Source: the human T2T-CHM13v2.0 reference genome, Homo sapiens
Direction: 5' to 3' (one strand)
Assembly (NCBI RefSeq): GCF_009914755.1
Contig: NC_060947.1
DNA: 64,000 nucleotides
Under the pieces are notes generated by a model. The model had not been told where the DNA came from. It did not search any database and was given only the letters and a program-made list of their open reading frames with translations. The position numbers were made by a program, and so were the translations under genes. How positions within the stretch are numbered: the stretch's first letter is position 1; the number at the start of each line of letters is the position of its first letter. Below, piece after piece: positions 43,651 through 59,127 of this stretch.

Positions 43651-44700
43651 TGTCTTTTCCAGTGAGTAGGAACAGTACAGTTACAATTGGTATTTTGAAA
43701 TATTTTCCTTCAAAACTTACAATTGAATAGTCAGCCCTCAGTTTTCTATGTTAATGGAAAGAATTATCAGCAGGGTGATAATTCTCCTGGGGCTTCTTCC
43801 TTTCTCTGTACTGTCTGAATCCCAGAAATAGAGATATCAAATAGGGACAAAGGAAGTATCCAGGAGTAGTGTACTATTTTTGAGGGGACTATTCAGAAAC
43901 CTCACTTTAACCCCTTTGATCTTTATTTTTCATGCTTTATGTTGTATTTTAGTTCATTTGCATGCTGACAAGAGAAACGTAGTCTTCAGAGTAGACAAAT
44001 ATAATTGAATGACAATAAACTAGTAAGGGGCCTCTAGATAAAGAAATCAAAGGAATGTGAAAGCAAGAGCTGCTTTGGGGGGACTGCAGTAGGTGAGAAT
44101 GAGGACTCCAGAATGCCATCAAAACCTTTTAATATTTATACATATTCTATAGATTTTTAAATATTCCACTTAAATAAATGAAACAAAAGTTTATCCATCA
44201 ATTGTTTCCAACAGCTTTAATGTGTTGTTGGATTTATATTACTGTAAATTATTCATGTCTTTGGTGTTGTAAAATTTAGCTTTCAATGCTTGTATTATTA
44301 TTAAAAACTGAGATGAGGCTATCATAATTTGAGGTCCTTAAGGCAAGTGATCTGAAAATGTTTTAGGAACCTGGTGTTTTTGTAGTTGCATATTTTTTGT
44401 TTAGATTTTGTTTTATTTTAGTATACTGAGTGATATTAGAATCATATATTCTATATTTAGAATCATTTAGAATATATGAGAATATTTGAAATCATAGCTA
44501 TATAAAATTATCAATATCTAATATGAATGAAATTGTGTTTGTTTAGTTTGAGTATTGCTAGAAAACATTTTGTAGAAAACGAAGTACCTAAAAAGTAACA
44601 ACATGACCTTTTCTGAAGTTTTGGCAGTAGAAGAATATAGAAATCAAAGTACCTAAAAGTAGAAACATGACCTTTTCCAAAGGTTTGGCAGTAGAATAAT

Positions 44701-45021
<321 letters not shown>

Positions 45022-45494
45022 TAATTAATCAGGAATGGTGTGACCCATTCAGAATAACTAGTTAGGATTTAATATCAACTTTGAGTATTTGTTCTAATAA
45101 AGAATTGCAAAATATACTAAATACTTGGGGACTAACAAAGCTAGATGGCAGTGCTAAAATGTGGCTTCAAGAGTGTTTTCAGTTGATCAGAAGTAGGAGA
45201 ATGGGATTAGTATATGACAGCAGGCAAAGGGGAGAGTTGTTAGATGGGAGTAACCTATAGAGGTATCACTTTACAGGAAAGACCGTAAGCAGGATTCCCT
45301 CCTAGGAATGTCTAGAAAGCATATGGGTGAAAGCCAATATGATAGGGAGAATTCTACCTGATGGAATGCTTAAAATATCTTTTTTTTTCTTCTCTTCAAA
45401 TTGTGGAACCTTTCATCTATGAAGTACTTACTAAGGTGTGACCATTCCCTTCAGCCTTATACACATTGTGCTCAAATTCATAGTATGTACATGT

Positions 45495-45958
45495 TGGAAC
45501 ACTATTCACCCTTTAAAAAGAAGGAAATCTTTGAACCTGCAGGACATTGTGCTAAGTGACATAAGGCAGACATGGAAAGACATATACTGTGTGATCTCAT
45601 TTATACAGTATATAGAACCTAAAAAAGTCAAACTCATAGAAGCACAGAGTAGAGTGGTGGTTACCAGGGACTAGAGGTGGGAGTGGGGATTGGGAGATAT
45701 TGATCAAAGAATATGAAATTTCAGATAGGAGGAATAGTTCAGGAAATTTATTTTAGAACATGGTGATGATAGCTAATAACAGTGTATTGCAGCTTTGAAA
45801 ATTGCTAAGGTCTATTTTAAATGTTCTCATCACAAAAAATTAAGTTCGTGAAATAATGGATATGTTAATTAGCTTGATTTAGTCATTCCACAGTGTATAC
45901 ATATATCAAAACATCATTTTGTACACCATAAATATATCCTTTTTGTCAATTAAAAATT
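45495..45958 (+). mobile_element. L1MA-like 3' end
   Basis: aaaaagaaggaaatc...ggacattgtgctaagtga...aactcatagaagcacagagtaga...gttaattagcttgattt...tcaaaacatca...tttttgtcaattaaaaa. Confidence 0.85.
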
Positions 45959-48957
45959 ATTTGCCTTTGTATCTCTGTCAGAATCAGAGGCCACCAAAAT
46001 TAAAACTAAAGTAAGCTTTATAAATTATTCATTTCCCTTATTTCGCGGGAGGAGAAACCAAGGCTCAGAGAGGTTTACATCACATAGTCAATCTGGGATC
46101 ACAACTTGGTTCATAAGATGCTCAATTTATTGATTTTTTTAAAGCCCATTGTTTGACCTGTTTTTCCTTGCTGTGGTATGCAGGTGGGCGAGCGGGTTGG
46201 GGAGTTTACTGCTGGACAGCAATAAAAAGTAGTAACAGAAAGTTTACTAATTAAAAACACTTAGTGCAATCTCTGTCATTGGAAGTCAGAGTAGAAATTA
46301 AATTATCCCTTGAAACATCTTCTTCCAGTATTAGATGACATTATAAATGTCTTCATTGACATTCATTATTGTTTGTGTTGTGAAATATATAATTAGGTGC
46401 CAAAAAATACTTAATTTTACTTAATGCAGTATAAGGGGCATTGGATTCCGTTTCTGCATTAATAAGCAGCATTTTAGTAAAATGAAAGGGTAGCTCAATT
46501 ACTAATAAGACCATCATTTATTTTATCCCATATGAAGGATTCAGAGTGACAGAACCATTTAATGAAGTCTTTCAGCTTTGTGAGAAAAATAAGAGTACAT
46601 ATTTTGGCCTTCATTTCATAATTTTTCTTCAGTGTATATAGCTGAATAGTGTTGAAAAATTAGTTGCTTCTTGGGAAAAGCAAAGAAGGTGTCTGCTTTT
46701 CTTCCTTGAGTGCTATGACTAATTGCTACATTGTCTCTTTGGAGTTTCTACTCTTCGGCGGTTTATACTTAAAATACCACTCTCAGTGTAGTGGAAAAAA
46801 AATTCTTTTGGGTTTCAGTCCTGTATTCTGTATATGACCTTGGGCAAGTCACTTTTCTTCTTTTAGCCATATAGTTTTTGCCTTTAGAAGGGGGGAAATG
46901 TATACTTATAAAAATTGGTTATTATACAAATTAAATATGAGCATATGTTAAAAACCCTTGCAAACTATAAAATACTACACAAATTGAACACACATAGAGA
47001 TTAGTATCTTAGACATTTATTTAGCTGTAACCTGTCACTCTTTCTGGCCATTTATCTAAAGAGAATTAACACTTAAACATTCAACTATTACTTGAAAGAG
47101 TATCCCAAAAAGAACTCATAGTCTTCATCCTTCCCCCAAATGAAGGCCTATATCTCCTGGAATTTTTTTCATCCCCTCTCTCTTCTTTGATCCCAGCTCA
47201 TCATGCATTCTTACTGATTGAAGATTTTCTCACCTCCCATGCCCATAGGACTAGACTACTATTGTTTTCTAGTTGGTCTTTGTCTCTAGACTTCCTCCAG
47301 TCTAGCACATCACATTACTTGATTCGACTAGGCATTCTTTTTCCTCCATCAATTCATTTTCATTCTTAAGAAGTGATTGCAATGATTGCCACCTGTTTTC
47401 TTCTGTTTTTAAATGCTGTAATGGATCTCTAGAAATTGGAGAGTTTCTCAGAGTCTTGATTTTGAATAATCTGTGCATTACGTTACTTACATTTGCTCTT
47501 CTCCATGCCTTTGCACCTGTCCTTCCATCCTTTAGGTGTCTTTTTTATCTTTTAAAATATGACTTAAAACCTACTTTCTCTTGGAAATACTCCCTATTCT
47601 GTAAACTAGACTGAACATTCTCTCCATTCTTCATCTGCTCATTTCTACTGTGTTATTCTTAATCTTTTGAAGTGATTTTTGAAAAAGATGTTTGCATGTG
47701 ATGCAGACATTCTGAGCTGTATCATAAGCATTCTTTGTATTGGTCATTCTTTTTACTTGTTTTCGAATCAGATGCATGATACAGAGTTTTCTTTATATGA
47801 TAATGTTATATCATGTGATTTGGTGATATTTTCAATTAGATATTTTGAGCCTGTTAGGCTAGTCCCCTCTACAAGGCTATATTGAATGGGTGAGCACTCT
47901 ATATTAAACTGACTTTCAGATTTACAGATTTCCCTTTCTTGAATATTTAGGGCTGCTTTATCTCTCAAAGATTTCTGAGAATTATAAGAACCACCCAATG
48001 TCCTTTATTGAATAAAAGGTCTTCATGAAAGTAAACATAAAAATTCCATACAATATCAAATAAATATTTACATAAGGTTTTGATTAACGCTTCGTTCTAA
48101 ATATTTCTGTCATAGATGACTTTGAAATTTCTTGTGCATTGAGAGATGAAACCTATCCTCATCTACACAGTTTCCCGGGTTTCATCTGCCTATTTTGGGG
48201 GCTTTGGTTCACCCAAGAGAATACTGATGGTCTTCATTAGCCTAAGTGCATGCAGTCAGTGTGTTCGGTACACTAGATCCAAACAGAACAGCCACTTGGT
48301 TCTGTTTATGTAGGTTCCATGTTGTATATAATTTTAAAAATGAAAGCGTGACTACTTCCAGATGAAGAGATTTTCCGTCAGTGATGAGTAGCATCGTAAA
48401 TAGGGAAGCTTTGTTTTTGGCTGCCCTAAATCCATGAGGAAGATTTGAAGTATTACAAAGACAACAGATGCTAAAACAGTATGCTTCTCATGTGAAGTTG
48501 TGCTTCCCCTTTGGACCGGAGGTGTCACAGGTCTAGAGAAGAGTTGAGCTTCCCTAAAGGAGAGCTTGGGAATGTTAGGCATCCTCCTTAGATCCTGAAA
48601 GCATGGGCTTATCTGATCTTAGGGCCAAGTCTCCTCAGAAGAGCCAACAGGTTAAATGTCATCAAGAGGGTGGACTTTCAGAGGATGAGTAACTAGTTGG
48701 TGGCACAGTAAGCAGTCATATAGAAGTGACTGCTTAGAGTGGGACTACATCTGAATAAAGCCAGGATAAACTCTGCTCAACCAACATAAAGCCAGTCATT
48801 GGAAAACAAATGTATTGGGTCACCATATATTGTCATATATGCTACTTAATCATTTTATTTTTATGGAATGTGGCATATGTTCTAGATCATCTTTACATAT
48901 GATCTATCTCATTGCATTTCATTTGATGGTAGAGTGGTGGTAGAGTTTGCCTGATGA

Positions 48958-49313
<356 letters not shown>

Positions 49314-49581
49314 CGAAAATAATCAATTCTTAAGCATTGGAGTGAAGACTGTTATTTGCTTTATATCTGTTAGAAACAGTGTCCCAGGCCAAATACACTT
49401 ATATAGGTTATATGTATAGATAATTTGAATACTGCTTCAAGGGGAAAATATTTCAAACAAAACTAGATTTGTAATTGTTGTAGGATTTCTTTGATTTCTA
49501 CTTGACTAGCTCCCCTCAGTTCATGGTACAAATGAATGACTAAGAGTAAGAATTGTTCGTGATCCTCTGATTGTCTCTGAT

Positions 49582-49584
<3 letters not shown>

Positions 49585-49624
<40 letters not shown>

Positions 49625-49756
49625 AGAAAGAGCTCTGGGGCAGTGGGCTAGAAAGGGGTGCTCCCCTAGGAAACCCCCAGGCCACCGCTGCCCGCCACGC
49701 CCGGGCCTAATGCCCAGGTGCCCCAGGGCTCACCGCCTCTCCAGTCCCTGTCCCCC
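49585..49756 (-). other. Unclassified poly(A)-tailed GC-rich insertion (probable retroposed RNA fragment)
   Basis: T39 at 49585-49623 followed by ~130 bp of roughly 70% GC in an AT-rich intron. ctgatc occurs on both flanks. Confidence 0.6.
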
Positions 49757-50129
49757 TGATCTCATTCTTTCTACACTCAGTTGATGATTCTCTTTGTGAA
49801 AATGTATGGGATGTTTGGAAAGGGTCCCCAAAAAGCCAAAGCAAACCCAGGAGTGTGTCTATACATTACAAAAGTGAAGGGTCAGTATCTAGATGATGGT
49901 GACCAGCTGAAAAATGTCCCTGAATGGCTCATCAAAAGAAATCCATATTGAATTGGATCAGATTAAAGGAAGGCTAAGTCCCAAATTGTAAAATTTTAAG
50001 GCAACAATGTAAACTCTCCCAGAGTAATCAAAGACTATCTGAGAACAGAAGGTTGAATTAAGATTAAGAAAAGGGTCATTTGAGATACGTCTCTAATATT
50101 TAGGCTGTGTGTGTACAGTTCAAAGCATA

Positions 50130-51630
<1,501 letters not shown>

Positions 51631-52191
51631 TCTAAAGTATCTCTATGACTCTGTTATTGGGAAGTTGAGAGAAACATTAGATATTGATAATCTGCCACCA
51701 TGTTCAGGTTAGTGTATTTAAAGTTCTACAGATGACAAGCGTTGTTTCTGCTTAAAGAAAAAAGTGTTAGCTTGCCAGATGTGTCAAAATGTCCAGGGTA
51801 TTATGGATGCTCCATTTTGACTTTGTATTTCTTTAGTCTAATGGATAACTTATACTTTGTTTTCGATACAGGCACCTTTAACTAGTACTTAAATGAAAAC
51901 AGAGAACTAAATAATGATAGCCGATCATCATGTATGGCAGTTTCTATTATAAATATTTTGAACTAATTGAAGTGATTTATTTGGTGCTGTAATGATAGGG
52001 GTCTTGAATATGAGGATAGAATTCAGCTTTGGAAGCATCTGCATGTACTATTTTATAATAATGAATCCTAGCATTGGTTTGTGGCAGTTTGTCATGGCCG
52101 TGATAGGATGATATCTAATGAAAGCAGAATATAGCATTAACAGGGTATCATATATCTGTCAACCTATTTTGTCTGTTAAAAATCTATTCTA

Positions 52192-52530
52192 GGCCAGGCA
52201 CAGTGGCTTACACCTATAATCCCAGTGCCTTGGGAGGTGGAGGCAGGAGAATTGCTTGAGCCCAGGAGTTCGAGACCAGCCTGGGCAACATAGTGACACC
52301 CTGTCACTATAAAGAGTTTTTTAAAAATCAGCCCGGGCCTGGTGGCATAAGCCTGTAGTCCCAACTGCTCGGGAGGCTGAGTTGGGAGGATTGTTTGAGC
52401 CCAGGAGATTGAGACTGCTGTAGGTAGTGATTGTGCTACTGCACTCCAGCCTGGGCAACAGAGTGAGACTGTGAAAAAAAGAAAAAGAAAGAACGAAAGA
52501 GAGAGAGAGAGGGAGGGAGGGAGGGGGGGA
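52192..52530 (+). mobile_element. AluJ with tail decayed to (GA)n/(GGGA)n
   Basis: J-diagnostic ttgcttgagcccaggagttcgag and gggaggattgtttgagcccagg. Confidence 0.9.
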
Positions 52531-53189
52531 AAAAGAAAACCAGTAAACCAGTTAGGAAAGGGTAGGTATATGTAAAATAGGTGAAGGATGGATATCAATC
52601 AGAGGAAAGCACGCCAAACAGAAAGACAAGTTCTCAATCCTGCCCAAGGATTTAATTTGCAGCTTGGCTTTCAAGCTATAAACTGTCTTCGGCCTGGAGT
52701 TGGGGAATTGGGGTTTCACCAGGTACCCACCCGCGTCTGCCTAAGCATTTGGCTGCCTCCTGTTGCTATCATTACATTTAGACATGGGCATACATACTTT
52801 GGATGCTGCTATTCAATACTCATAGTCATTAATTTATTCTATATGTCCTACTTTTTAATGCTTAATATCACTTTTTATGTTTAATATGGTTTATAATTTT
52901 TATTTTAGAGTACAAAATAGGACATAAACAAAATAAAAGGTAAATAGCATCAAAGGAGTACTTTTCATAATTATCCTTTATACTGTAAATCATAAATTAT
53001 GTAGAAAGCAATACATGTATTTTGCAAATAGGATCATGACATTAGTGGGAGTAGAATTTTTTACATATAATCACTATTTTTTCTATTATAGTAGTAAATA
53101 TATCTGTGATCTTCACTGATCTACTTAGTACAGGGCTAGAACCCCTTGAATAGTTTAATTGAATTTAAAATAGGAAATGTTTAGCTACC

Positions 53190-53590
53190 GTGTAATTTCC
53201 CTAGCCCAGATTTTTGGCTGTGGAATGGAAAGGAAGGGTTGAACCTGAAAGAGATTTTTTTTAGGAAAAATTGTCAGAAGTGTGACTGAAAGGTAATTGC
53301 CAGTTTGAAAGCTTAGAAGATGAAAAGGATGCCAGTTCTGTTGGCAGAATGAAGCCATTAGGAGACGCTGATAAGGTGTAGGGATGGGTCAGAGTGAGGA
53401 TGAGTTCTCCTTTAGATTTGTTCAGTTTGAGTTAATGATGGGACATCTGGGTGGGAATGTCAGTTAGAAACATGGAGCTTGAGGATGCCTAAGAGTAGTC
53501 AGGGCTGGAGACGTTCATTTGGCATTATCAGCAGTGAGGTGATATTGATCATGGGAAAGTCAATGCGCCTTCTAGGGAACTGAGTATAAT
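53190..53590 (-). mobile_element. LINE-2 fragment
   Basis: gatgagttctcctttagatttgttcagtttgag...gggacatctgggtgg...gtcagggctggaga. Confidence 0.6.
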
Positions 53591-54371
53591 CTGAATGTTA
53601 AATGTCAGAGTTTCAAATCATTTCTTTAGGATATGTTTCTCTGCCTGGGCTAGATTAAAGATTAGATAGGAAACCTTTAAATCCCCGATTATTTCTAAGA
53701 CACACTTGTTACTTCAAGGTCAGGAATTTTCTCATCGATTTTCAATGCTTGTGTGTTATTTTATTAACTAATGTGTTTTTGAAAATAGTGACTGCATGTT
53801 GAGGGATTGAAATGCTCCACCCCCAAATACTTTAGTGGTAATCAGCATTTTAACATACTTCAGTATGTATGTCGATTCTTGGAGTCAAATGCAAGAGTTT
53901 TGGAAATGTTAGGAATTTTATATCAAAAGGAGAAGATTGTACCATCACCACCTGACAGAAAATGTATTTTGGATCAAATGGAAGGCAAATTACTCAGTCA
54001 TATGTTGATTGTGTTCCATTGTGTAAACAAGAACATACACAGCCCTTTTGGCCCTGTCATCTTTATGAGGGCAGAATCTCCAGAGGTTAATGTGGTGGTA
54101 GTCACGTGGTAGACATCCAGTATATATTGGCAGAATGGATGAATAAAACAGAAAATAAGTATAGAACCAAGTACTGGCATGAAACTGTCATTTCATTTGA
54201 AGAAAAGTAAAGGAACACATGATTTAAGAACAGTAAACACATACACAGTGATTTAAGCCATATACCATAAAAAAGTTCTGAAAAACATGGGTAAGGAATT
54301 GTGTTTTCTGACCAAGCAAAATGGGGAAAAGATGTGTTATGATGATAGAGATTTAGCCAAGGGACTTTTAG

Positions 54372-54705
<334 letters not shown>

Positions 54706-57469
54706 AAGGAGAACGTTTCTTATCTAGATTTTTAAAAATACACAATTGTCAACATAAGTTAAAGTAAGACATTACATATATATATAATATATATATAAAT
54801 ACATTTTTTATAAAGAAATATTAGCCCCAATCCGTTTATGTGGAAAATGATAGTCTTAATCAAAATGAACCTAACGCAGTTCTTCTACTAGTAAAGTGAC
54901 TTAATGAGATAGAAGACAAAAAAGAAAGGTTATGTTTTGGCAAGAAGGAAAGGGCATTATGGTTCAATACCTTTACTTAACTAACCTTTAAGTGTTCAAT
55001 TAACATTTAAAGGAAATAAAGTTTTGGAAGTATTACAGAATAATTGCAGAAATGTAAAAAGTAGTTAAAAGCGTGTGGTCTATTCGTAGAAATTCCTTCA
55101 CTTAACACTGACAATCATCAGAATGTAAATTTGTGATGCGTAAAAGATGAAGAAAACTCTGCTCAATCAATGACATAGTTGCTGCTTTCTCTTTTGCTGT
55201 TTTCTTTGTGAACTTCAGTTCATTGACATTTTCTAGGATAAAACCTTCATACTTATCCAGAATTGATCTTTTAAACACAAATCCTGAAATATTTGAAAAA
55301 AAAATATGCACAGTAGTAAGCAGCAGCAGGTGGGGTTGGGGGACGGCGGAGAAATTGAAGGGCTTGTGCCTTGAAACTTTCCAGGATATTTGCCTATCAA
55401 CTCACAGTTTGTAAGAATCTGTTGTACTTAAAAATTTATCACTTCTAGCCTTTACTACTATGAACAGTTTTTCACTTATAGCGAGCATAGAGGGTAGTCT
55501 TCGACTATTAACTCACCTTTGCAGTTTATTTAGAGAACAGAAGCAATTGTAGTATCAAGGAAGCATTAAATTCAAAAGCTATTTTAATTTTTTTTAAGTA
55601 CAGAGTTTTGGGGCAATATGAATCTAACAATTTTATTGCCTAGCCTGATCTGTGTCACTTCACCTGTATTTTTCTTGCTCTTGCTCATAGCTGCTGTTGC
55701 AGGACCCTGATTCTTATCAAAAGTCTCAACATTAGATGTTTCTAGAGGTCTCAGGAAATAGCTTACACATTCTCTGAATTAATTTTGCCAGCTTCCATGT
55801 GGCAACTGTGGGTTCTTGTTTTGATCCTCTCCCCTGGGGACAACTGTGTGTGGGAAGAGGGGAGGAGTTTCCCACGGGGCACAGCTGGTGGTGTATTGAA
55901 GCCTTCTAGGTGCCAAGGGTGTGGGGTGTTCTCTGGCAAAGTATGGGAACATGTATTTTTTCCCTGCTTTCCTTTTTAAATGTACTTGATTAGAGGAGTA
56001 CCAAAGCAGTGCTCTTCACACAGTTCTCCTCTCCACAGTACTCAGACATCTGACCACGTTGGGGATGAATAGTCTGGGCCTGGAATCACATCCAAAAAAC
56101 AACTACAGTGCACTCAGAATCACCCTAACTCTTTCCAAATTGCAGGTTTTCTCACTGGACTAATCTTGTCTGCTTGCTGCTTGACTTCTCTCCCTTTACA
56201 AAATGTCTTTCCTGGGAGCCCCCTTAGTCCACTACACAAACAGACTTCAGGCTGATTCCGAGGACTCTGTATATCAGTGTCAAGCTGTGCCTTGAACCCC
56301 TGCCTTTTTTCCATATTCTCTGTTGGTATGCTTTTGATGAGTAGGTGAAGTGGAGGTAAATGAGTACCATTACATCTCTCTCTCCTCTGTATTATCTTCC
56401 TTCCTCTTTTATTTAGGAATTTATGGGAATGAAAAAATACTCCTATCCAACCTTATACTACATCTTTGTCTACAACGTTTAGTATGTACATATATAAAAA
56501 ATCAGATATGTTTAGGCATTGACTACAAGGACCACTTGCAACATGAGATCCTACAGGTAGGTGACTCATAAGAGCAATATGTACTATTGTAGTAGTCTGC
56601 ATCTGCCGCACATTTGAGAGTGAGTTTTATTCTAATTCGCAAGTACAACTTACTAAACAGTGGCAGTTACATAAGCTTAAAACTCATAAGATGATATTCA
56701 GAGTCAGAATACATCCAAGGCCACTAAATGTGTTAAATATTTCATACAGCTGAATAGAGAAAAGATATGTCACCTCCCACTGTGGCGCCTTCATTCTGAA
56801 AATAACAGGTTACCTATAGCTAGGAGAAAAATAAAATAACAAAAGTTTCACATTCCAAGCTAAAATTATATTTTAGGCTTGATTCATTCCACAATACTTA
56901 TTTTCCCAGTTACAGCTTAAAATTGAGGTGGAGATTTTTAAATATGCAGAATTGATTTTAAATAATTTTGATTATCTTAATCTTTCTAATTTAGTTTCAC
57001 TGTGGTGAAAATTATTCAAGTTACCAAACTGAGTCTTTGTTTTTCTTAATAACATACATACTTCACACAAAAAAAAATCAATAGAAACAGTTTTTAAAAA
57101 CAATTGAGTAATTTCCATGCATCAAAAATATTTGAAAAAATGGAAATAATACCTTGGTATTTACTTACCTTCTTATTCTATAAAAGAAAATAATACTAAT
57201 GGAGCAAAATAGTGGATTCTCTTGATTTCATTTCAGTATTCATATATGTGGTTATATCCATATTTATATTTTAGTCAAAGGGTGCGATATTTTAAAACTT
57301 GGGTCTCATTAATTAGATGATAGGTGCCATTGCAGGCCCAGAGTTTAATGGAAAGGCAAAATTGAGTGGGAGGAGGGAAGAGACAAATGGGGAGAACAAA
57401 AGGGTACTTATAGTAGGGGTATAGTACAGTTGTTTTCCATGAGACTTATGTTCTGTGTACCCTACCCTA

Positions 57470-57840
57470 GTTATCTTTTCATTGTGGAAAAATAGGTAAC
57501 ATAAAACTAACCATTTTACCCTTTTTACGTGTATAATAAAGAAGCATTCATTACATTTATGTTGTTGTACAACCATTACCACTATTTCCAGAACTTTGTC
57601 ATCATCCCAAACAGAAACTCTAAACCTATTAAGCAATAACTCCCCATACCCTTCTACCCCCAGCTTCCGGTAACCTCAATTCTACTTTTTGTCTCTAAAA
57701 ATTTGCCTGTTGTTGATACTTCATATCAGTGGAATCATACAATATTTGTTCTTTTGTATCTATTTTGTTTTACTAAGTGAAATATTTACACATATTGTTA
57801 TCTATGTTATGACATGTCAAAACTTCATTCCTTTATGACT
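57470..57840 (-). mobile_element. L1MB-like 3' end
   Basis: acataaaactaaccatttt...gttgtacaaccattaccact...ttccagaact...catcccaaacagaaactct...catatcagtggaatcatacaatatttg. Confidence 0.85.
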
Positions 57841-58014
57841 AGTAGCTGGGATTACAGGCATGTGCCACCACGCCCGGCTAATTTTTGTATTTTTAGTAGA
57901 GATGGGGTTTCTCCATGTTGGTCAGGCTGGTCTCGAACTCCTGACCTCAGGTGATCCACCTGCCTCGGCCTCCCAAAGTGCTGGGATTACAGGCATGAAC
58001 CACTGCACCCGGCC
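57841..58014 (-). mobile_element. Partial Alu (left arm plus start of right arm; 3' part and tail missing)
   Basis: Begins abruptly at agtagctgggattacagg and ends cactgcacccggcc. Confidence 0.9.
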
Positions 58015-58172
58015 ACTGGCCTCTTCTTAAGAGGGAACTAATCATATTCGTGAGGGCTCCACTCTTATGACCTAATTGCCCCTCAAAGGCGCTGCCTTTA
58101 AGGATAATCACGTTGAGGATTAGATTTCAGCATAAGGATTTTGGAGGGACACAAACATTCAATTCATAAGAA
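58015..58172 (-). mobile_element. MaLR LTR fragment (MST-like)
   Basis: actaatcatattcgtgagggctccactcttatgacctaat...ttttggagggacacaaacattca. Confidence 0.7.
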
Positions 58173-58462
58173 TCATCAAATTTGAGCATGCATCAGACTT
58201 CATCACTTTTGCTTGATTCTCCATTAAAAATAGGATTGTATTGTGTACTTAAATATAGACATTGTAGATAATGGGAGATGTTGTACAAGCCAGGTGTAAT
58301 TTATAAGATTGAAGATTATTCCAGGTTTTGAAAAATTATGAATGGTAGAGTTGATACTTTCTTTTTTAGTATTATTGTACCTAAGCAAATTCTACATAGT
58401 ATTTTTCTGTTTTTAGTTTAGATTGACTAATTATTGTGACTGGAAATAAAGCTTAAAAATTA

Positions 58463-58675
<213 letters not shown>

Positions 58676-58983
58676 CTATATGTTTAAGTCCCAGAATTTT
58701 ACTCGGTTTTGGAATACGATTTATTCTTATGTGATCTTTTATTCAATATGTATATACTATATTGTACAAAAACCAAACAAGTTTATACGTTTTATTCACA
58801 ATTTATTGTAGTTCATTTTTAGGTCAAATTTTGGAGGGGCGGGGAAGGGCGGATACTCTGGTACCATAACAGAACCACAGTCAGAAATGTACTGTCCTAG
58901 TTAATCACTTTCATAATTGTTAATGCATGTTTAAAAATTCTAATACTAAAACACTAAACTTTTATACTTTTATTTCTTTTTAG

Positions 58984-59127
<144 letters not shown>

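Noticed and set aside
48381-48600. GTGATGA C-box-like motif in a moderately GC-richer unique stretch
   Set aside because: No D box at a suitable distance and no stem; nothing else supports an RNA gene.
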